DNA of 64,000 bases from Dimorphilus gyrociliatus (taxonomy: Eukaryota; Animalia; Annelida), in contig CAJFCJ010000010.1 in assembly GCA_904063045.1 (NCBI GenBank), forward strand, positions 1,240,001 through 1,304,000. The letters run 5' to 3'. Below, one piece after another: positions 53,834 to 64,000 of this stretch (position 1 is the stretch's first letter; each line of letters opens with the position of its first letter). A program made the translations under genes and the position numbers. The notes below the pieces were generated by a model. The model was not told the DNA's origin. It did no database searches and saw only the letters and a list, made by a program, of their open reading frames with translations.

Positions 53834-56800
53834 ATGCAGACTGATGTAAATTCAACACGGAATATTACAAATAACATCCCAAATAGAGGTATTTTACCTC
53901 ACCAAACGGAAATCGTTACGACAATTTATTCTCTCTTACTGTTGGCGGGATTCGTTGGTAATCTAATTGTTATCGTTTCACTACTAAAGTACAAGAACAC
54001 CCGATTGCAATCGGTTGCCAATACTTATATACTAAACCTGGCTTTTGCCGACATGTTATTCATACTTACAATGCCATTTTTTATTGTTTCGTCTGCTGAC
54101 AAATCACTGGCGTTGAACACTGGATGGTGTAAAGTTGCTAACTCCTGCCGAGAGATTAATAAAGTGGCAAGCGTTTTTACACTTGTCGTTCTGAGCTTCG
54201 ACAGGTATTTAGCGTCCTATCTAACAAAAACACATTTAAGATCGCAGACTGTTGGAAGATACGCATGTATAATGATTTGGATCGTGGCGATAATCTTTTC
54301 TATTCCCTATACGGTTTTTGCTAAAACGGTACCTTACAAGAGAAATAGACTTTGTCGCATAGATTGGCCAAGAGGAAATGCGAGGATCTATGACATTGTT
54401 CACACAATACTCCAAGTTATCCTTGCTTTTCTTTTGCCTCTCTTCTTCATCATATTATCATACGTTCTATTGTTGAAACGATTGAGAGACTTAAGTATGA
54501 AAAAGAGCATTTCATCCGTTCAAAAACCGAATCATAAGAGAACTAGGAGAGTGATTCAGAATATGTTTAATTTTTATATCATAAAATTTAAATATTAGCA
54601 AATAGTGAAATATTTAAAAGATTTGATACTTTCATTTTTTATATCCGAAATCTAATTCCATAAGGCAAAAAGGATTAATTTTTTTAATGTTAATTAATGG
54701 GTTTTATACTAACTGCAAAAAAATTTAATCTCTTCTTTTGTTAGCCTTAAACTACATTTTTAATTATTCTTTACTTTTTATTATATACTGCCTACATTCT
54801 TTCTATCACTTATTTCAATAACAATAGAATTAAACCATCCCACTTTATGGTAAACTTCTATGAGATAAAGCATGAAAAGTATACTTTCCTTTTTTTCTCT
54901 GTACTTTTTATTAACTTTAGCATAAGCTAAAAAAATTAATAATGACTAACTATACCAGCGCTTTAATGGTACTTCTGTTGGAGATCGGTTGGAAATCTAA
55001 ATGAATTGTAGCAGGGAACTCTTATAGGTCAAAAAAAAATCCACAGTTTGACAAATAGTAAAACATATTTTGCCCTCTAAATTGGAAAAAAATATACTAG
55101 AGGGAAAAGAGAAAGAATAATCAGTATTAATAAATTAATACATAAATATTAATTTGCTGATATAAAAAGAGAGAAGTAATGTTTTTCCCCTTCACCATTC
55201 TATCTCAAATTGTATGTAAATTAGAACTTTTACGGCCCTTACTCTTTAATAATATAGTAGTTAGCTTACAAAGAACAAACTATAATTGTTTGCCCTTGTG
55301 GTAACTTTTTCAACAACTTACTCTATGTAGAGATTATAAAAGTATTTTTATTTTTAGATGAAAAAAGGTTATAAAAAGGAAAAACTGCAATGGAACCTTC
55401 TTTCTAAATCTATTCGTTTATTAAAGCAAACAAAAGTTTAAAAGAAAAAATAGAAGTAAGGCAGAAAAATTTCTCCTGCTCTAAATTACAGTGTATAAAG
55501 TTACTATACTTTTATATCAACAAATAACATTATACAAAATACAACATGCAGTAGACATATTTTGCAGTATATTTTAATACAAGTCAATTTTTCTTTTTGA
55601 AGTACGTTTTATACAGTATATCATAGACTACAATGATTTCAGCAAAAGAAATAGGGTTGTTTATTTATAATCTCTGTCGTTTATAAATTATTCAGAAGGA
55701 AACATATAAGCTGCGATATATACATATATAAAGCATATGTAGTATACAGGCGAAATTTTGACATGTTGTCAAAAACTATTAAACTATTTATATTTCATCT
55801 CTCTTTAGCTAATTATTGTAAACAAAAGTAAGATTCAGTGAAAGACAAAGTTAAAATAGAGGACTTTATCTTTAATTGGGCCATGACATGAATATTTCTT
55901 CTTTTGTATGCGAAGCTATAATTTGCATTTTATTGATTATGGAAGACATTTTTATCTAAAATGGAAAAAAAATAAGTATATTACAAGACTGTAATGTATA
56001 ATATTGAAAAACTATATATTCAATCAGAAAAGCGGAAAACCCTTCACGACACAAGTTGTCAAAAGTATGTTAAAAATAGAAAATTAAGTATATTAGTTAG
56101 TATTTTTAAATTAAATATAAATCGAAATTAAAAATGACTAAAATTATAAAAAAGATTCTGTAGACGAAACAGACCTGATTGTCTTTCTCTATCTGTTTAT
56201 TTAACGAATTATAATCTATTTTCAGTGATAAAACTAGTAAAAATTTCCACCTCTACCCTCAACCCCCCAAACCTCCTCTCTCTCCCCATTATCGGCAATT
56301 GCTGAATTCTCATTAGTTTATACTGCCTTACGACTGTCTGGCAAGATAAACGATTGTTTAGCCCTTTTATAGTTCAGTTTTAGATGAAATATAATTACAA
56401 GCATATGGATAGCGCATATTTGTTTCCTCATCCTATAATCATTGGGATTATCTTTCACTAGAATAATGTTTCACCATATAAATTAGTTGGTATATGTGGC
56501 AACGAATAACAACAAAATCTATCATATTTTATCCCAGATAATTATTAATTTTTGTTTATTTACTAGATAAACAAAAAACAAGAACAAAGACTTATTTAGG
56601 TAAATTACATCAGTAGTTTTGTTTCCTTTTTAATTCAGTTTTCATTAATATTTCCTCTTTTTAAATTATAAAGACTAAGTACTCTTCTAAGTTCAGTAAG
56701 AGATATTCGAAGACGTCTAGCAATATTTATATTGTTGTTATGGAATTTTTAATAGGAAATTTATCTTTATTAATATCTTAGGGCTATAATTTAAGATAGA

Positions 56801-59800
56801 AAGTACATATTATATTGTTTATACAGATAGATACTCAGGTTACCATCCATACAATTCTTACTTTAGAAAGGCACAAATTAATACATTAGGATCGAAACAA
56901 ACCCACATTACTTTTTTTGAAGGGTCATTTAATTTAATTACTTGTATGTTTCAATTTGCTTTTCTTTATTTATTTCTCTTTTCTTTGTTTATTCCTCTTC
57001 TTATCTCTCTCTCTCTCTCTCTCTTCCTTTTTCTTTCTTTCTTTCTCTCTCCTTCTCTCTCGCTGGCTCTTTTTCCCAAGTAAATTCATCTTAATGTTAT
57101 GCATTTGCAAACGCTTTGTATGAAGAGATAATATTTAAGAAAAGAAACAAAGTCACTACTTATTTATAAACATAAACTTCTTTCTTTTTTATCCTAATAC
57201 TGACTGAAAAAATAAGGAAGATAATTTCGGATATAAGAAGTGTATGAAAGAGCTTTTTTCTATATATATAATTCCTTAAAATAAATTCTGCGAGATTGTA
57301 GACTTAAAGGATTATTTTTAAAATCTGTTTTTCTCATAGCTATCATTTTGGCAAAAAGAATGTTTGTCAAAAATATACAATATTCTGAATTGCACTCTAT
57401 AGAATGATCGTAGCGGTCGTCAGTGCTTTTGTCATTTTGCACACGCCTTTCTATGCCCTGGAAATCGCGCAATTGAAGCAGAAGTATGGGAAATCTGGAA
57501 GAGGGAAAATAGAAGAATGGCACAAATACGCTTTCGTCTATAGTAATCTTCTAGCTCAAAGTGCTATCTATGTAAATTCAGCCCTTAATCCACTCTTATA
57601 CTTCATGTTGAACGAAAATTTCCGTAAGTATATTTAAATGCAATAATACTGCTTATATTTTTAATTTAACGTCGAAGGCGTAGATCTTTTAAATTATCAC
57701 GTGATGACATTTTAGCAACGACTTTACTTGCTCTCTCCCTCTCTCTATCTCTCTCTACCTTTTATTATTTTTACGTTCTTCTTCGGTTAACTTCCTTTCT
57801 ATCTATCAATACGGATCTCTATCTAAACTGGTTTTATGACTTTAGAAAGAGCTTTTTTCTGATGCTTTTAGATTATCATCGCTATTAATGATTATGCCAA
57901 GTAATCATACTATTAAACAAATCACCACTCGTTTTATATGACAAATTTTACAGTAGTAAATAATCTCCTTAGAAATGTAAAAACCCAGAAAGATTGAAAT
58001 ATAAGGGGTTAAAGGTTCAATTTCAATCTACTTATATATATTGATGTATATATAAAGCAACAGATAAACAAAACTGGAAAATATATACTGTGAAATTAAA
58101 GACATCACTTAGAACAAGAATTTTAGTTACTAAAAACCTTTCCACTTTGAAATAAATGATCAAGTGGACACGGAAGAGAAAAAAAGAATGTGAATAAACG
58201 ACATAAAAGCTAAGGCTAGTTGCCTCCAACGGAAATAAGCATAACAAAATAAAAAAGCACATGTACAGTTACAAGTAAAAAAAAATGTTAATGAGAAAAT
58301 TGTAAAAGCAGTTAAAATACAGGTCACTTCTCCAATTTCATAAATTATTTCAAATGCTATAAGCCCTATGCCCTGCAGGAATTTCGCTAATTATCAAAGT
58401 CCAACAGATATCTCTTAGCTGAATTTAAGATTTACTCATTTAATTTTTTCTAAGATTTATTTAAATTTAAATAATTGTAATTATCATATTTATACTCTCT
58501 TTATTCAAATTATAGTTATTTGCAATTAGAAAGTAGAGGTATTTTTCTTTTTTGATTTATTATATGTAAACTAATATTAGAAACAGCAGCAACATTTACA
58601 AACATATATACACTGAGACAGACATTCCAATATTGCATTGTAAACAGGAAATGAAAGGTTCAATCAATCGAATAACGCTTTAATTTGATCCGATTATTTA
58701 CGATTTTCAAGACGGCTACTAATTAAAGTATTAAGTCTTTTATTAATAAATCAGTTTCCCATTTCGTACAAAATATAAAAACTATATGTACCAATTACGT
58801 ATATATCTTCACTACAAAATCCTGTATTCGGATATATTTAACTATTTACAAAGGGCTACTAAGTCAACGGAATTAGGTCGCCTTTCCGTAATTAACCAAA
58901 TTCTATCATCTTGCAAATTACAGATACCTCTGACTTTTACAGATTTTTTTCCTTGTTCATCTTATAGATAATTTTATCTAATTTATTTTGGCTTTTCTTT
59001 GAAATGTATTTTTGCATTTCCTATAAGAAAAAAAAATCAATTGCTCATTTTTAAATTAAAGTATAGAATTAAAACGATCTTGAAAGGTTGAATAAAGGTT
59101 AAGAATAGACGAATGGTGGAGGAGGGAAAACAAAGAGAAGAGAGAGAGAGTGAGAGAGCAATCGCTCGTTTTTCATCGAAATGTTTCTTTTTTTTAATAC
59201 CCTCACTTTATTTATGATTTGATTGTTTTTATCGTTGTTTTCATCTTTATATGGCATGTCTTTCTACCTTTTAGTATAGATAAAGTTCAGAAAGTCAAGC
59301 GTTTGGATAAGAACGTTTTGTTCTCTATCTATTATGGTAGTCCTATTTTGGTACAAGAAAATTATAAAAAATGAGTAGGGGGTATAACAATTATACAATT
59401 AGAGAAGAGATGAAGTATTTTAAGATGATATTGGGGCGTGAAACCCTCCATAATCAGTAGGTGCTTACAATAAGAGGTAGTGACAGTCATTTCTTTTATT
59501 ATTGAAGCTTTTCCAGTAAGATTTTCTCTTTATTTTATTTCGTAGTTTTAGATTGATGCCTTTTACTATTATCTTTTACCCTGTACTTTTTCCACTCGAA
59601 ATGTCTTTATTTTAGATTTCTACCGCACTATCTTAATGGCGTCTTGTGTTACTATATTTAGAACGCGTCCCTACCCATATTCTTATTCCTTACTGGGGAC
59701 GAAATGAAATCATCATGTCCCCCACGATTGACGAAGAAATGAATGAGATCTCATAAGGCGCTGAGAAAAAGAGGGATATAAGGATAAATATAACAGAATA

Positions 59801-62800
59801 GAGATTAAATAAATATAATTCTTTATCTCCTTCTCCATACGTAGATTTATAAATTACTTGGATATCCCATTTATTTACATTCTATTTCTATTATAATTAC
59901 CTAATTAAGTAGTTTTTCTGGTTTTGATACTAAAGAAGATATAGCTGTTTTCAAATCTGGTTCCTTATTCCTTAAATTTGCAGATAGAGAGCTTTTACGT
60001 TAACAATACAACTTAATTGTTCGTCTGTTCAAAGGGAACAGTATTATTAATGTTGAAGTAAATGTTAATATCAGGGAATATTAGAAAAAAAAAACCAATT
60101 TGCATATCAAATTAGAAATCTGCTATCTTTTTTGTGTAGAAATTAAAATTGTTACTTTTTGCTATTTTCTTCACTCTTAGAGTGAGGATGTACTATCCGC
60201 CAATTTACTTTACATTATATATTATATTTATATGTATGCTGTTTACAGTATATATAGGTAAATTTATATAAAAAGCAGGATGAAAAGAGCTCTTTTATGC
60301 CTACATTAACTTGTCTGTTCGTTCCAGTTAACTCGGTTCCCTTGAAAGCTACGCTTAACTTTTGAGCTGATAAAATACAAGATAAAAAATATGCTTAATT
60401 AACTAACTAAAAATAAACAGTGAATATTTTTGATAGAAGGTAAATCGAAGAAATTATCTGGATTGAGTAATGTCAACTAAGAAATGAATAAGAGCAAGCC
60501 CTATACATGAATATATCCGTATAAATAAAACTCTTTAAGGAACTTTATTAAAATCTATATTTAGATTTGTACATTCAAAAGGCTGTCGGAAGATTGTAGG
60601 CCAATATATCATTTTAAATAATATAAAACATTAGTCTGTGTATCGAATATGAAGGAAGATACATGACTAGTCCTTTTCAGATGATATTTTAGACCAACTT
60701 TTCTCCCCTTGTCCATCATGCGTCTATATGATAGTTAGCTAATCTTGGCTTCTAAGTAATAACAGAAAGCGAAGAAATATCCAGATTTCCTAAAGGAGAA
60801 ACCGTAAGTGGCAAAGTAAAGACCACAATCAATAACTAGACTTTCCATGTGTTTATAATCTATTTAATAGTTAAGAAAATACATTTTTATTTTACATTGA
60901 AAGAAGTGAACTAGAGAGATGGAGACGTAAAAAGCGTTTAGAATTTTCGCACGCATTAGGCGCATAGGCTTTCTACCTTAATTCCAGTTGATTCCAGTTC
61001 AATGCATACGTGATGACCGACGTTAGAGAGTCGTAAGAGTCAAAGATTCTGACCCTAAAATACGATTCAGCTCATAAGAACGCGAAAATCTTAGAAAAGT
61101 AGACTTGAAAGTAGAAAATAAAAAGATTCGTTTACTTTTATAAATATTCATAGGCTTATACTAGATTTTCCTTTGGCAGTATAGTACATTTCTTATCAAT
61201 TCCACCTGGATACGATGATTTAAAGTATAGCGTCGGTTTACTGAAAGGTTCACACGTGTTTATTCATTATATTTATTTTAATGTGTAACAGTAAAACATA
61301 GAAAAGAGTTAAAAAATACTTTAATTCTATACTATCAACAACATTTTTTTGAATATTCTTCTATTTTAAGATAAAAAATACGGGTAAGTTTTTATACGGG
61401 TCTTATTTTAGTTATAAATTACATATGTGGCATAGATATAAGGGGAATACATAATGTATATATTTATATATACTGCATAAACATATATACAGTACATGCT
61501 ATATTGTATCGTATACTGTATATAATTTACATACTGAATACGTTTAATTAAAGTTTTATTATTTTCACTACTCTTTTATACGAATATACAATGCTCGAAT
61601 TGTGCACTTCTACTAATTTTCAGTATAATGAAATATAAACGAATACAGAATTAGACACAGAGGAATCCATACTTCTTTATTTACAGCAGAAAAAATGTGA
61701 TTGAAGGTAAAGTAAGAGACAAAAGTGATGATATTTTCTAGGGCAAAAGAGCAATATATATATATATATATATAGACTTGGAAACGAAAAAGAAAAGTTA
61801 TAATAGAGAGAGGGCAGGAGTAGACTTAAAAAATAACTTATTTTACCATAGCGTGGCCTAAAATAGAAAGCGTGTTCCTCTTAATATATGAATATAGTAT
61901 TAAATTACTGTTATATAGATATATACTAGTACGTTTATAGATGTATCACCTCAAAAAACATTAAGAATCTTCGGGTATATTTATTTTATATATCAATTTA
62001 ATCTGTTAGAATTTATCTTTTTAGTGATAAATTATTATATATTCTTACATACAGGTATACAGTATTTATCTGTATATGATGACGTAGAAGCTCAATTATG
62101 AATCCTATCAGCTAGCCTAAATGCCCTTAAAGTAAAATTTCTCCTACCTTTGACATTTAATTGTAAAAAGTTGAATTTTGACTGCATAGGTTAATATTTC
62201 ATGACTTAAATCTATAAATAGAGACTTTTACTTATCGAGAAAAATAATTAATATAATAATTAAAGAATAATTATGGATATTATTATCTTAAAGTAGACTA
62301 GAAAAATAGAATCAATGTGTAAATGTATAATTGTCTGCTATATTAATTTTACAACTCTTGTGTACTTAACCAATAAGAAAAGTCCTTTATAGCATTGTTA
62401 AATCGGAACTAAGATAAGTGGAAATATATAAGAGAAAACAAGTCTCATCCAAAGCTTATAAAATTTTTTCTGCCGTTGCTGGGGTAGGGTGGTCGGAAAT
62501 GACTATTTAGGCCTGTAACACATATAGCTATTGTCAGTGACCTATATTCTTCGTATTTTCAGAAATAATTCCCAAGTTGCGCAAGGAAGTAATTAAGTAG
62601 TTAAGCTACTGGAGTTTTTTCCATTTTCTGCGATTAAGTCCTTTTGAATATTGACCAAAAAGTTTATAAATAGCTATACTGCATGAAATTTTGCGCGAGA
62701 TTTTTTCTTTTTATCCTCCTATAGCGGATAATAATTATAATCTTAAAAAAACAATTACATTGCCCTATTTTAGTTTTATTGTCAACAAATGTTTAAACAT

Positions 62801-63811
62801 TACATGCTTTCTAAATGTCTCTTTCCTGACGGAGACAAGTTAATCACCTATTAACGTTTTCTGTATCGGTTTTCTCTTCTTTTCTTACGAAGAGTCGTAA
62901 GACATCCACAACTAATCTTGAAATATAGTTTTATTATTGTACATTCTCTTCATTCAACTTATCCCCTTTCCTCCTCCACTTAGATTATAATACTCAAACG
63001 AAACATCTTTAATTTAAGCCTTTAATAATTTATTTTGTTGAAATAAAAATGTCAAAAATGAAACCATCCAAATTCTATAATGAACCTTTCTTGGAATTTC
63101 AATATTCTCAAAAGGTCTAGAACCTGATCGAAAAAATCTAATTATTATAAAAAAATATATGTTATATCAATACGTAGCAAAAACAGAGAATAGACGATTG
63201 GTAATAAGGGAAGTTATATGTTTGTACTGAATATATGCTGTATCTACTCAATATTTCTCAAAATAGAATTATTCTAGCTGATATTTTTTAATTCGGCTCT
63301 TCATTATCTTATTAATGAATCATTTAAATTTGATACTATTTCTTAATTTGAACAATTCATTACCTAGTTATGATTTATGTGAGTTAGGAGATTTTGTTGT
63401 TTTTCCAAGTATTTAAACTATTAAATATCCATTTAATTATAAATAATCCGTCATAATATATTACATTTCCTTTGTATTGTTGAAGATTTCCATTTACTTT
63501 GTTTATATAGAATTTCCTTTTGTACCTTCCATTTTAATTTGAAATATGAGTATATTTCTATATTATTATTTGTCTTAAATGTATTTCCGACAGATGGCGC
63601 GTTTCTCTAATTTAACAAATTTATTTTTATCATTGTTATTCCCCCTATAGGACGCTTGTACAGGAAAACTCTTTGTCCCATGTCTGAAAGAAGGGCAAGT
63701 GTTAAGAGCATCGATTCAGCAATATCTCACAACCAAGCGGAAATAAGGCTTTTAGGCCTTCACAGACCAGAAAACACAGAAGATACCATAGATAGAGAAG
63801 AAGAAAGCTAG
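53834..63811 (+). CDS. Somatostatin/allatostatin-C/opioid-receptor-like class A GPCR, paralog 2, about 364 aa
   Basis: Exons 53834-54546 (donor probably non-canonical, see findings), 57403-57623, 63651-63811. NTYILNLAFADMLFILTMPFF is near-identical to paralog 1; SFDRYLA, CRIDWP, LHTP, YVNSALNPLLY, NENFR|RLYRKTLCP. Confidence 0.87.
57003..57060. repeat. (CT)n/(CTTT)n polypyrimidine tract
   Basis: Run of CT and CTTT units in intron 1 of GPCR paralog 2. Confidence 0.85.
63587..63601 (+). promoter_or_regulatory. CTCF-like motif about 50 bp before the last exon of GPCR paralog 2
   Basis: CCGACAGATGGCGCG. Confidence 0.5.
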
Positions 63812-64000
63812 GAAATCATTCAACATTCCGAAGCTAACCTTGGAAAATAAATATATTGAATAATTATAGCAGCTTTTAAGGATCTCGAAAAAGCTTAAAT
63901 GTACAGGCTTACTGTATAAATTGAATTAATCAAAGCGAAAATAATCCTTATAATCTATCGTTTATATGAAACGCTACTTTTTTCCTTTTTAGTTTCATTT

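Noticed and set aside
59616-59707. Alternative last exon of GPCR paralog 2 (HFYRTILMASC...)
   Set aside because: It has a good acceptor and a 30-codon frame, but the 63651 exon matches the paralog 1 tail (RRLYRKTLCP versus RRMYKMTLCP) far better. A similar candidate near 60691 is also unsupported.
1-64000. CRISPR arrays, rRNA/tRNA genes, telomeric arrays, intact TIR or LTR elements
   Set aside because: No spacer-repeat array, cloverleaf, rRNA-like block or paired terminal repeats seen; TTAGGG occurs only as isolated hexamers.

Overview
AT-rich eukaryotic (invertebrate, probably lophotrochozoan) genomic DNA with mostly short GT-AG introns. A compact-genome annelid such as Dimorphilus is plausible, but that is inference. 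All gene models below were spliced by hand, and phases close in frame. Nine intron-containing genes, in order: (1) L1/neuroglian-like adhesion gene, minus strand, 3' end off-window, apparently with only one Ig domain; (2) RING-less B-box/coiled-coil/NHL (TRIM-NHL-like) gene; (3) FMRFamide-receptor-like GPCR ending in -ETRL; (4,5) head-to-head paralog pair of secreted 2xPAN proteins with an unrecognised Cys-rich C-terminal domain; (6) tamalin/GRASP-like PDZ scaffold; (7,9) two paralogous somatostatin/allatostatin-C-receptor-like GPCRs; (8) a miniature Shank-like gene (PDZ-Pro-SAM) lying between those two receptors. Most notable: both SSTR-like receptors have a charge-reversed pocket (R3.32, K3.36, H6.48); the second has a probable non-canonical GA-AG intron; the L1 and Shank genes are truncated in architecture; a CTCF/YY1-like GCGCCATCT motif recurs; and TACAGTA/TACTGTA heptamers matching Tc1/Sleeping-Beauty-type excision footprints are frequent, often inside (TA)n tracts. 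No rRNA, tRNA, CRISPR array or intact transposon was seen.
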